Shown here piece by piece: positions 1 to 12,138 of a stretch of 64,000 bases of DNA (within the stretch, counting starts at the first letter, position 1; each line of letters opens with the position of its first letter). A program made the translations under genes and the position numbers. Source of the DNA: Phoronis australis (taxonomy: Eukaryota; Animalia; Phoronida); NCBI GenBank assembly GCA_002633005.1, contig NMRA01000177.1:449942-513941 (forward strand). Reading direction: 5' to 3'. The notes under the pieces are model-generated. The model ran no database searches. It was not told the origin of the DNA and saw nothing but the letters and a program-made list of their open reading frames with translations.

Positions 1-1653
1 TGGAGTGCTTTCTTGTTTACCTAGCGCCATCTAGTGATTTTCGAATTCTCCACTGGATCTTATCATTCATGTTTTAAGTTGTTTTTATTATTTTTTTTGT
101 AAGTAGTTCGTTCCATCTCTGGAGATTTTTATAGAAGACCACAGAGTCTTTCATCATGCCAATATTGCAGTGGCCTAAGTAACTGCACCCCTCTACTGGG
201 TATTGCTGAGGGGTTTAGCTACTGTAAGTGCTGTGACCACAACAATGATAAAGAGAGGACCAGTCTCAATTCCCATCTCCCCAGCTCTGGTTGGTGTGTT
301 TACAGTAACCCAAATTGTTTGTTTGGAATACCCTTCTTGCATTGTTGCTGGTCACAATTGAACTCAATCACAAGTGGTGTTGTCTGAGTTGACCGGTCAT
401 TAAGTGACTGTTTTGTGTTTCTTAAGAGTGCATACACCAGATAACCACAATCTGGGATAGTTATTGCAAAGATATGCAAAGAAGATGAATTGACCGTTTG
501 CTTTCAAAATTTCTTACGGTTGGAACAGAGACATCTGTTGATCAATGAATTGTTTTTGCAACATTATTTGGGTTATATTTAATATTAAGGAGACTTGTTA
601 GGTACGTAGTTGATACCCTTCCTCAAGAGAACGATATGTTTGCTTACCAATATTTTCAACTATTAACTTAGATCTCACCACCGTGTACCACCTGTCCATG
701 GGGCGCTTTCCTGTCTTTTAATACATTCCATCAATGAACAACTCAAACTTTACTCAGTCGGTGTTTGTGAAACAGTCATCGATCTTGCCTGTAGAAATGC
801 ATACATTCAAGTTACATGGAACGCTGATTCCACGAACGTTGGCACGCCGATTAACAGTATTTTATCAGTCTGGTCAGATGAGAAAATGGGCCTTGATTTC
901 TTTGGCTGCACTTGGTGACTCTGGAGTCCACGGTAGAATGAGCATTGGTGGATTTAGATGTATTTGAGTGATTTGCCAACATTCCGAGTCGTTATCTTGA
1001 CAATGTGGGACATTTCTAGTTATGATCTTGTGTACAACCCGGTGCAACTATGTTTACACTCAGCAGTCTTGTTTTGGTTGCCCCTACTTGCGTCAGTGAG
1101 GTAAAACTGGTCTTGTTAAACTTGTTGCAAAACATTTTGCCTACATGATGCGGAGAGCCTTTTAGTTATTCAGTGACTCTGACATCATGTGAACTGGAAG
1201 TGAATCCCAATGTGAATACAGTACCGTATTTCCCTTTTTCAGTTGTATACAAATTAAGTCGGTAAGGTGTGTGTGGTTTTGAAATGCCAGGGGTAAGACA
1301 TTGCTGTACATTATTTAAGACTATGTGGTGAAGATTTATTTAATAAATTTAGTGTTTGGGAGAGTGGTATGGTAAATTTCACCAATTTCAGAAAGAAGGT
1401 AGCCAAAATTATCATTTATTGATTTTCACGTCGTTCTGACATTGTCGAAATGTCAAAAAATCCAAACTATTGTCTCGTGGTAGGTATAGTATAGAACATT
1501 AAAGCATTATTTTGCCATTACTGATTTTAGATAAAAAATTTTGCTTGGCCCACTACATTTCACCCTCTCCGGTTCAAGACTTATATTTTGTTCTAAAGGG
1601 GGGATTCTTTACCCTAAACGGAATACTGTAAATTCTCACCAATTTGGACAAAC

Positions 1654-1708
1654 CTGGTTGCCAAAACTGGTTGCCAAAACTGGTTGCCAAAACTGGTTGC
1701 CAAAACTG
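1654..1708. repeat. 13-bp tandem repeat (CTGGTTGCCAAAA)x4
   Basis: Four perfect copies read directly. Confidence 0.95.
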
Positions 1709-1755
1709 CACTTCCTTTCATTTTTGAAGGGCTTCTTGCTGTGAATGCCCTACAG

Positions 1756-2911
1756 TTTTTATGCGCCCACATATTTATATGTGGACGCATTATGCCGTCA
1801 TCTCCGTCCGTCCGTCCNNNNNNNNNNNNNNNNNNNNNNNNNNNNNNNNNNNNNNNNNNNNNNNNNNNNNNNNNNNNNNNNNNNNNNNNNNNNNNNNNNN
1901 NNNNNNNNNNNNNNNNNNNNNNNNNNNNNNNNNNNNNNNNNNNNNNNNNNNNNNNNNNNNNNNNNNNNNNNNNNNNNNNNNNNNNNNNNNNNNNNNNNNN
2001 NNNNNNNNNNNNNNNNNNNNNNNNNNNNNNNNNNNNNNNNNNNNNNNNNNNNNNNNNNNNNNNNNNNNNNNNNNNNNNNNNNNNNNNNNNNNNNNNNNNN
2101 NNNNNNNNNNNNNNNNNNNNNNNNNNNNNNNNNNNNNNNNNNNNNNNNNNNNNNNNNNNNNNNNNNNNNNNNNNNNNNNNNNNNNNNNNNNNNNNNNNNN
2201 NNNNNNNNNNNNNNNNNNNNNNNNNNNNNNNNNNNNNNNNNNNNNNNNNNNNNNNNNNNNNNNNNNNNNNNNNNNNNNNNNNNNNNNNNNNNNNNNNNNN
2301 NNNNNNNNNNNNNNNNNNNNNNNNNNNNNNNNNNNNNNNNNNNNNNNNNNNNNNNNNNNNNNNNNNNNNNNNNNNNNNNNNNNNNNNNNNNNNNNNNNNN
2401 NNNNNNNNNNNNNNNNNNNNNNNNNNNNNNNNNNNNNNNNNNNNNNNNNNNNNNNNNNNNNNNNNNNNNNNNNNNNNNNNNNNNNNNNNNNNNNNNNNNN
2501 NNNNNNNNNNNNNNNNNNNNNNNNNNNNNNNNNNNNNNNNNNNNNNNNNNNNNNNNNNNNNNNNNNNNNNNNNNNNNNNNNNNNNNNNNNNNNNNNNNNN
2601 NNNNNNNNNNNNNNNNNNNNNNNNNNNNNNNNNNNNNNTAATCTCGTATGTTGGTAAATTTGTTTTTAATTCTATGTTTCTGTGGTGCTTTAAGCAACTG
2701 ATGCATAGGATGTGCTTGTATTATGAAGATCACTCACATTTTGAAACCTAGCCTATTGAGGAGACAATGACCATGCCTTTCCATTTTGCAGAGTACAACA
2801 TACTACATATATGCCCTCTACTGGCCACTTTATGGTACCAATAAACAACCCTAGAAGGATACCGTATACGGTGCAATTGTGGGCGCATTTCAACGCTCTG
2901 CGTTGCTCTTG
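1756..2911 (+). mobile_element. DINE-1/HINE-like non-autonomous Helentron element spanning the gap
   Basis: 5' end: TTTTT + subTIR ATGCGCCCACA (1761-1771) + immediate inverted copy (ATATGTGGACGCAT) + (TCCG)n. 3' end: TGTGGGCGCAT (2878-2888, exact reverse complement of the subTIR) + hairpin CAACGC-tct-GCGTTG (2891-2905). Confidence 0.75.
1818..2638. other. Assembly gap (821 N)
   Basis: Run of N, preceded by a (TCCG)n microsatellite. Confidence 1.
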
Positions 2912-4945
2912 CCAAAATGTTTTGTGTTCGTAGCCTGGACTTGGTTACGGCATAGCATCATTTTTGTACTGTGTATTCATTTATTAAAAAATCGTAAGTA
3001 AAATTTCACCTGTTCTCAATGTTGTGTCCCAAGTTCATGAGAGTTTATCGTACATTGGCGTCTCAGCACTAATTACTGTTAAGAGTAGTATTATGCTACC
3101 CCTCTACATCCAGTTTCGTGGGTTTCTAATCAATTGTCCTCACTTATTTCGGTCTAGTCTTTATGTAATTTCAACTAGCTAGTGATTTGTTGATGTTGTC
3201 AGGACTCCAAATCAAAACGCCTTCCAGCATATTGTGTTTAACAGTTGGGTGCCGTCTGTAAACATTTGGATTTAAAAGTGTTAATCTGCGACTCAGGTGA
3301 ATACCATTTACTCCGCGTGACCTCTGACGTGTACAGGTGTAAAAACAGTTGCGCAACGATTTATAGAAACCCAGACTGGCGAGTTAGGGGGCTCTATTAT
3401 TACTTCCTATGAAAATGAAATAAGAAGATGTAGTCGTTCTCCGTATCACGTGAAGCAAGCCAAACCTTGGTGGTCCTCGTGTATACTGATGTCGTCTCGT
3501 ATTTGACACACCTTTTTGGTTTATCCCCCTGACTTGTAATTAGTAGGTAATTGCCACGTTTGCATCTGTGACCATGGGCAATAGGCAGGTCCTTAGTGTC
3601 CATTTGGATGGCCAGTGGCCTCTGCTTTGTGTCAGTCCCCTCTCCCCCCATCACCTGAATAGCAATAGGAGCTCTTGATTTCTTTCAACACTTTTGGAGA
3701 AAGAGAGAGAACTGCTTGGGTGTTATAGTCCAATTGTAGGTCAGCCATATGGTCAAAGCATTGACGCAGGGAACTTTCGGTCTGAATTCAAACTCGGATA
3801 TATTGCTCAGTGCGGTTTCTGGGCTGGATTTTATTGTATCGTATTTTTGTGTATGTCTTAATAAATTGGTAACTGTTACCATTATGTGAAAAAATGCTAG
3901 TATAGAAAAACGTAGTAAAACTAAGAGATTTAAGTGTCATAAGGCAGGTTTATGATATTTTTCATCATGTTCCCTGAAACTCCTAAAGTACTGTGCCCAT
4001 GTCAAGAAAAGTGTTATTTTATTTCGTATTATTGCTAATATTGCGTGTGTGGTAGTTGTTCATGAAGTGATTGTAAATTTTCTGCTAAGAAAAACTTGGA
4101 TTAGCTTTCTCACAAATTCTGTGAGAACCTGCGTTACTTCAGAAATTGTTTGGCGACCTTTTTGTGTACCTCAGACTTGTCTTTTCATAAACTCTGCGAG
4201 TTCACAGAAAAGATCAGTAGGTCAGTTGGCGATTATATGTATTTGGTCCTAAGAGCTGTTTCACCATTGTTTCACAACCCCAGACGGTTTGAAAGCATGT
4301 AACTTGCCTGTGGTAATTTTCATGGGCCCATCCTGTGCACTAATCCCTACCTGTCACTGCCTCAGCGGCTGTCAAACTATGCTCTTTATTCATCACCAGA
4401 ACTGCTGTTCAACCCCTGGTCACCTGCAGTTTTTGTCTGTGTAGAGGTGGTCACTTGAGCAATTCACACACCAGCGCAGCTCATCAGTCACACTACAGTA
4501 CAATGGGGGTGTCAGGGGGGCCCCTGGGCTGCTGGAGGGCAGCTGGAGATGAGAGGTGACCGATTTAAAAATGGAACTCTTATTCTGATCCCTGTTGGTC
4601 GAGTGTGTCTGGCTTGGATTATTGCATATGCCGGTAACTGTTCGCTGTCCCGTGTGTTTGCACTCTCTAGCAGCTTTGCTAGAGCATGCTTGGGACTATA
4701 ATACGGGTTCAGTTTCAGATCCTATGGGGAACACCTCTATCCAAAAAACCCAGTCTGAGACTGTTGTATTTTGTACAGCATAATTTAAAGTTGATTTCTT
4801 TGACCTATGAGAATACACCTGTTTGATCAGGTGTAAAATAGACTGTTACCTTCTGGTATCATTGTGTGTGTGTGCGCGCGTGTGTGGCAATTTGAGTTGA
4901 CACTTGACATTTTCTGGTGACTGTGTTTTACTTATTGTTTTTCAG

Positions 4946-6940
4946 ATCTTTTTCTAATGGGTGGTCTCCGTTGAAAGTCAACAGTCTTGAAAACTGCGGA
5001 CGGAAGTGCCAAATCTCTACCAATCCGCTGTGTGGGGAGGGGGCAATGCATGGCTCCACTGCTCTGTTGACACTGTATGAAATATATGTATGTTATGTTA
5101 AGGAGTTTGTGGACGGGAACAGCTGGTTTTTTTGCTCACTCTACGGTCTTTTCGTCACTGCTGAGACGTGTAACCTGCTTTTAGGGAATCAGGATACACT
5201 TCTAGTAGAACTTTCATGTAGCCTGTAGTGTGACTGTGTTGAAAAGTCTTCTGGTTTGGAACGAAAACTCAACTTAGGTGTCAGAGAAAGATAGCTCCCA
5301 TTTTGCGTTATTTTTGCCAGAACTATACAGCAGTGCCGAACTTTGTTGAAATACTGCTTTGTGTTGTCTAGTTTTTCCGCGTACGTCCCTAGTTCTCAAA
5401 GTGATTACTTACAGTAGTTTTAAAAAAAAAGTTGGCAGTATGTCTTCAGTTGAAAATTTGTGAAATTGCAAAGCAAAATTTTTCTACTCAGTTTGAAATA
5501 TTTTGTTATTTTTCGCCATATCTTCGACCAAACTGAGCGTTTTTGACAAAATTGGTCAACTTTTTTGGAACTACTGTGTGTTCTCTCTGCGGGGGACCTC
5601 TTGTTTCCGAAAAACATGAGCTTTGCTCTCATATGTTTAGCTCAGTGATCAAAATGTGAGCATACAGATACAAAATTTGACCTCAGTGGCTGAGAAGTTG
5701 AGTTTCGGGAGACCCCCTCGATCTCAAGAGCATAGTTGTGTTCTTAAAATTTTTCATGAAATTTGGTTGCCAGATGTTTTCTAATGTCTCTGTTGGTTGG
5801 AAGGAATGATTTATCATCGTTGACCCCTCTAAACTACACTGGAACCCATTATTCATTAGATGTTGTGTTTTAAGACTAACAAATGGAGATTTCATCTTAA
5901 TGGTGCTAATAGTGATTAATTGAAGCCACTGTGCCAGGGGTCACCCAGTGGTAAAGTGTGGCCGCATGAGTTGGCTGCCATGAGTAACCAGTTTGGAGTT
6001 TCAGTGATCATAAAATAATTAGTAGAAAATTTTTAACAAATAACTATGCAGGGTAATTTGGAAGTTGCACAAAACTGATACAAACTTGTTTGGTAGTCAG
6101 CAGTTTTTTTTTTCTCAGCGTTATATTGTATTTTTCCTTATACTTTGAACACCTTTAAATTTAACACCTTTGGCAAAAAAAAATTAGTTATACATGTGTT
6201 ACTTAAATGCATATTCATCTTCCGTAATAAACTGTCATCTTATGGTACTCTGTTAAGACACCCAGTAAATGAAGTAGACTAGGTTGTATACCACAATGTC
6301 TTATGCAGTTAATATAGTTTATGATGTCATTAAGAATCTTCCATACTGTGTAAGGACCCCTGCTATGTTGTTTCTGTTCAAGATGTTACTACACATGTGA
6401 TTTATTTTGAAGAAGGTTTAGTAATCATTTCTTCAGCACTGATTAGGTTTACTGTATCAGAGGCAGATTTTGCTAAGTTGGCTTCGAGTTATTGCACTCG
6501 TTTACTATTCGCTGAGCAAAGAATAAAAAGGTTCTTTTTCAAAGAGCCTTAAGTGGTTGGTGTGATTGTTTTCTGCATGTGGGCTCATGTGGTGAGCTGT
6601 GTTTGAATTTAAATTAGGAATGGTGCACACGTTTTGTCAATCATGTACAGATTGCGATTATGTAAAAAAAAGAACTAAGATTTGTCTAATGTAGGTGTCT
6701 ATTCAGAGTATACATCGCAGTCACACAGAGGGAAATAGTTATATGATTTTTGTGATTTATTAATATTATTGTTATTAATATGTAAATGCCTTAGACACTT
6801 TGTAATAAAAAAGTAAATGTGATATTGCGTTCTAATATGGAGTCTGCCATTTGCATATTACCATTTGCATATGGCTATAGCAAAAACAGTAGGGATTATA
6901 CATGCACCATTTCAGAAATAAAACATGCTTGGATCAAAAG
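4946..6940 (+). other. Possible terminal exon / 3' UTR of an unidentified upstream gene
   Basis: Strong acceptor TTATTGTTTTTTCAG ending at 4945 with early stops in two frames. A long T-rich tract follows, with AATAAA near 6226, 6522, 6804 and 6917. No protein recognised. Confidence 0.3.
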
Positions 6941-9900
6941 TTCTCACTTTTAGTAATTCCAGAGTGGCAGATAATGCCATGTTTAAATGATTTTAAGTTA
7001 TGAAATTTGTATTGAAACTGCAGCAGTGCAAGATTAAAAATGGGATTTTGGGGACTGGTTCCTATGTGAATCTTGGCCAACCCATATAAACCTGCCTTGC
7101 TGGTAAAAGAACAGATTTTGAATTGAACCACTTGCCCTAATGAAGGCAGGCTCAAATGTTAAAGTAGTCAAATCTGAGGTGGTTTCATGACTTGTAGAAC
7201 TAGCAGTTGTTACTGCTGGAGACTAGACAACTATAAGTTGGCTTGTCCGTTTTACAAAAACTTGTTTTTACAAATATAAGTTCTCTTAAGCTAGATGGGG
7301 GTTATTATGCAACTTGAAACTCAAATTTCTCAAAAATGTGCAATTTTATATGTGGCAACTTTTTACATTTTGAAAACACTCTAGTAAATGAATTAAGAAA
7401 CACCAAAATAAAATTGCCACCCTAAAGTACTGGCAAAAACCATTTTCTAGAAGCCCTACAAATTCTGGCCCATCGCCTAGTTGTCACCGTGTGTCATGGT
7501 ATGGATAGGTCGTGGTCTTGAGGAATAGTGAACTGTCGGTTATTCAGAAGAGTAGTGAACAAGCAGAAAATGGTCTAAATCAAAATTTAAATTCTTTGAC
7601 GGATTGTGGGTTTTACGGCAGAAAAAACGCATTCTGGAGATCATTGTTGGGTGGGGTTGACTTGTAAGACTTGTTAGCTTTGACTATAATTAGAAAACAA
7701 CAAAAAAACGTTGTTTTTCTTTTGATTTCATTAGAAATCGCCAATACTCGCCGTTTTGTGCCAGAAATTTGCTGAAACCAAGGCCGTCGACTTCAGTTTT
7801 AAAATACTCTGACATTTATCGTGGGATTTAGCCCAGCCAGTAGGGCGTTAAATTGCGAACCACGAAGATTCCAGGTGAAATTCCGCGCCGCGGCGGAATC
7901 TCAAGAAGGGTTTTTCTCGTTGACAACTAATGCGTTCATCTAATTTCTTGATGTGAGATTTGTATTAAAATATTACCCATATGCTGATTATGTTTACGTC
8001 TCTTCCGATTTTGACTGTGCTTATTCCAGGAAAATTGCCTGAGAATCGTAAGAGTAAATCACATGTGACGTCAATTTGATAATTTACTTTCAGTTATTCA
8101 ATTAGGTTTCTTGCGTGGATTTGGATGTCGGGAAATATTAATGGCTTTAGCCTACTTGTAAAGCAGCGTGCTGTGGTGAATGTAGTCGCGGGAACAACGA
8201 ATCCTGTCTAGTGCATCAGTAAGTCATGAACGCTTACTCTTGGTATTGAAAAAAAATCAGTTTCGTGAAAGGTCGTCTGCATATGAAAATTATATCTCAT
8301 CTTCGCGTTTGAAATAACGTGCCAACAACTGGCCTGGCTACTGTTCGGACATCGGTAAAGTGGGTCCCTGACTGTTATATAAGACAACGGGAAGAAGGTT
8401 GTGTTACTTTTGACTTCAAGTAAGACGACCAGAACGGGGAGATCTCTACTTTCATTTCGTATGCTCGCGTTTCCAATGGCTTCTATCAATACGGTAACTC
8501 TCAAGGTGGATACGTATACTTTATTTTGGATCTATGGCCTTGAATACAATGGAATAAAACTACATGAATCGGCGTTCCGTCGAAAAACAAACTGTTTAAT
8601 TATTAGACCAATTTCCGCAAAAGTAGTCTCGACATCTTCCTTCAAGTTACAATGGCTTTCCTGGTCTTAAAAATAACCGATAGGATGTTTTCGCCAGAGA
8701 CTACGCTCGGCGCATAAAATGGCGTGTCCTTGGAAGCCAACTTTCATTGTGGTGCCCGAACTGTTAGTAGTTTCCAAGCCACCACACCACCTCCAATTTT
8801 GAGTATGGAACAAATTGAGACGAATTTCTGTTAATGGTCTAAATGAAAATTATTTTTTTACGGGAATCTGGCTTATGGCAGCTTCAAGACACTAACGTGT
8901 TGGGTCAGCTTTACTGACAGAAGCTCTCTTAGGAATTGCGCCAATCCTCTGTTGATGAATGTTGGAAATGTGACTTAGGGATTGGTCAGTTTCGACTGTC
9001 CAAAAATCAACATCGGCAAACAATCGCTCTTTCTTACAACACACAACGGTTGGGATCAAACCGACGAGTAGTTCTGCTCATTTTTGATCAAAGTCAACAA
9101 AGACGAATCCTTTCAACACAGGCAAATATTGATGCAGACAGGTAAAAGAAAATGGACCGTTTAATAGTTCCGACGGAAATAAATCCTCAAATGCGTTTGA
9201 TTCCGTCCATTCACACGCATTGTTAGTGATGCACGCTTACGCAAGGCTTTCCATTTCCATCAGCTGAAGAAGGTTCGAAAACCACGGATTACGCTGTGAA
9301 AACACTGCGAAATGGTATCACAGTCAAACAATGAAGTGCGAAGCGTTATGAATGAATCTTGCTTGACTGACAGCGAGCGTAACAGAGCAGGTTAATAGTT
9401 TTTCTTTTCAACGCGTACCTTTTCTTGAAGAGTTTCAGTCAAAACAACGGAGTTAGGATTAGGTAATAACAACAGCCTGCGGATGAAGGTGATAAGTTTC
9501 CAAAATATCATGTAATACCTGTCATAGTTCTATGTAGATTGACTTGACACCTGTTGAATTTCGGGCTATTTCTTTTCAACGTCATAATTTGTTCAACATA
9601 TTTGCCAAAGTGTTGAGTCAAAATTTGACAAAGAATGTGTTTTGTCCTTTATGTTTAGATACAAGTGGTCATGTGAACTTGTTAATTAGCCTATTCTTGA
9701 CTTTTGAATGGGTTCACTGTAAAGTGGGTACAATCCCGCGTTCTGTTTAAGCGGACTTTTGATTTGGACAACTTTACGGCTGTAAAATTGGTCTCAATTT
9801 GTACCATACTCAGATGATAATTTACTTCTGGATTAGCAAATAACTCAGTGACAGACCATACTCAGCATAAAATAACACGCCGTGACAGGCCAACTTTTAG

Positions 9901-10996
9901 AGCCTCGTCTTAGAGGTTGATTTTAGCAAAAACAAACTGTCGCTTCTTTCGAAGTCCTGAACTCACCTCCAGTTTGACCAAGGAAAATTTGACACTAATT
10001 TCATAACGGTAGACGGTTTAAGTTATAAGTTGTTTTTTTTTTGTGATAGAAGACGGGTTTATTGCTCCTTTAACACACCTCGCCTTTCTGTTACACAATA
10101 CATTTGCTACTCGTATGATAGTTACTAAGAAGCCAAAGTCCTCTGGTGCAGTAGCTTTTTTACAACAGTGAGTACCGGCTTGACGAAATGGTGCGACCGG
10201 AAAGCGTTCGATGTCTATGAATCCTGGGAAATTTTTTACTTTATCTTCTGAACTCTTATTACAGCAATCCTCTTAAAATTACGAAATCAATTTTGACTAA
10301 CTTGTCGGAAACGTTAGTTTGCTGAACACTCTCTTGGCACATAAAGTCCCATGCCGCTTCATGTATTCCAGAGAATGCGTTTTACGAAAAGATTTTTTGC
10401 TCAGGCACACACTCAGGCCCACGGAAGTTTCATTAACAAATGTTGACATTAGTCTCTCGTAGGCCTACAGGTCTTTGACTTTCAAGGTGTTTGAATAAAA
10501 AAAATGTGAAACCTTACAATTGAAAAGTGCGCCACACAAACTGACGTTGTACAGCATGATCGTTCCGTGTTTATTTGGATGAATACAACATTTTATTTAC
10601 CATTTTTCTCTCAAAAGATGTTTATAAAGCACAATAAAGGTTAAAGAAATTATACAGCGTACGTCCTTTGCTTTGAAACCTACTCTAAAGACATGTATCA
10701 AATGTGTAAACGACTGCTCACTCAACGACGCCATGACATAAGCTTTTTAACATGAAAAGATTTCGATTAACTTCACACAATAAGAACAGTTACGGGATTT
10801 TGACCGCGTCAAATGTCCTTTAATTATGCGAGTCTCGACGTATTGTTACGCAGGTCATGGATATTGGATATCATGATTTGTCAGTACGCGCAATAACTTC
10901 ACTGAATACATCCAACCGAAAAAAAGAAAAAAATGCAAACGCGTAGAGTACAAAAATCACGCTGGAGTAAAAACACATGAATGTAATGTTGGGATT

Positions 10997-11157
10997 CAGG
11001 TGCGTATTCAGGATTTTTAAATGGGGGAGGCGATCAATGTTTTTGAATTGAAAGCAGAGGTTCAAGTCAACAATTTGAAAATTCTAGATTTGGTATCACT
11101 AAAATGAAGCAAAGAAGGGGAGTACGGATCCCTTGACCCCCCCTGGATCCGCCTATG
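10997..11157. mobile_element. CAG-ended MITE with 5-bp TSD GGATT
   Basis: GGATT|CAGGTGCGTATTCAGG...CCTGGATCCGCCTATG|GGATT. Confidence 0.75.
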
Positions 11158-11993
11158 GGATTATGGGTAAAACAATAAGCGGGAACCACAGTTAGTACGT
11201 GAACGCTAGGCAAATGTTACACAGTCAACGGTTGGGAGGCTTTCGAAAAAATACAAAAAACTATTTTAACATTTAAAACAAATTCAGGCTGATTGACCAC
11301 AAACGTTTTTTTGACAAGCAAATACGTTCACATAGAAAGGACTGTATTATCTTAACAGCGGTTTGAAACATATTTCTGACAATTTGCAATACTAACTCGA
11401 GGGAAACACAATGTTTTCGCACCGTTTCCTGCACTACTAGCAGATCAAGACGGTTGTTCACATCAGTTCAGTTTACCTCGTCTCAGGAAAGTGTGAAACC
11501 TCCTTTGCGATCCTACTGTGTATCAAACGATTTTTTACACACCTTGCGATGGTCAGCCGATGGGGTCAGAGGTTAAACCGAAATATCGCTTGGGTCTATT
11601 TCGAATCAGTGACCCTTTTTACAAACAATCCTTATAAATCAACTCAGTAAAAGAAGTTATTACAACAAGGCCGTATCTTAGTATGGCTGTTAGATAATCA
11701 GCAAATAACGCCGTTGAAACCAACTATCAAGATAGCTGAGACTGCAACAGTTTCAACTACCGTGTTTTGCACCGGCTGTACGTTTCAAGACCCACGACTA
11801 CCCCTACAAACAAGAAGTGAACCCGTCCGCCAATCGGACCGTGGATAATCTCTGCAGACGATAAAAAGCCAATGTGTGCGCTGCGGTAGCTTAGAACAAA
11901 GTTTAGTCTAAAAGGCCGCGATTATACAAATCGGTGCTTGGAACAGTATTTTACCGTGTTGAAATTATGAATGATCTGTGAAAGCGATCGACG

Positions 11994-12138
11994 ATGATGC
12001 TACTTACAAACTGTACGCAAAAATCTCACTTCAAAATGCTGATTGTGGAATCGTGCTGGATTTTATTTTCGCTGATTTCATTGACTCTATTCGCAAGCCA
12101 GGTGTCGGCTGCCTACAACTTTCCAGACGAAAGACAAG
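11994..12138 (+). CDS. ADAMTS7: ADAMTS7/12-like exon 1 (signal peptide); alternative in-frame ATG at 12036
   Basis: Hydrophobic core [13 protein letters not shown] followed by a VSA-A cleavage-like site. Donor AAG|GTAGGT, phase 1, matches the exon 2 acceptor. Confidence 0.78.

Larger units (their letters stand above)
1624..3052. mobile_element. ~235-bp TA-flanked Tc1/mariner(pogo-like) MITE, interrupted by the HINE
   Basis: Left end TA|CTGTAAATTCTCACCAATTTGGAC; right end ...TGTGTCCCAAGTTCATGAGAGTTTATCG|TA. Removing the HINE and three extra 13-mers leaves ~234 bp, as in intact copies. Confidence 0.62.

Noticed and set aside
1684-2751. Long ORFs of 298-355 aa in the ORF track
   Set aside because: Artefacts of translating the N gap.
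4505-4539. G-quadruplex candidate
   Set aside because: Four G-runs are present, but one loop is 8 nt and a competing CCCC tract is adjacent; no functional context.
5110-5130. miR-184-like start TGGACGG (and miR-92-like TATTGCACTCGT near 6490)
   Set aside because: Only seed-length matches; the rest of the mature sequences and the hairpins are absent.
11633-11682. TATA box plus initiator
   Set aside because: TATAAA at 11633 has Inr-like TCAGT/TTAGT at the wrong distances (too near and too far); not supportable.
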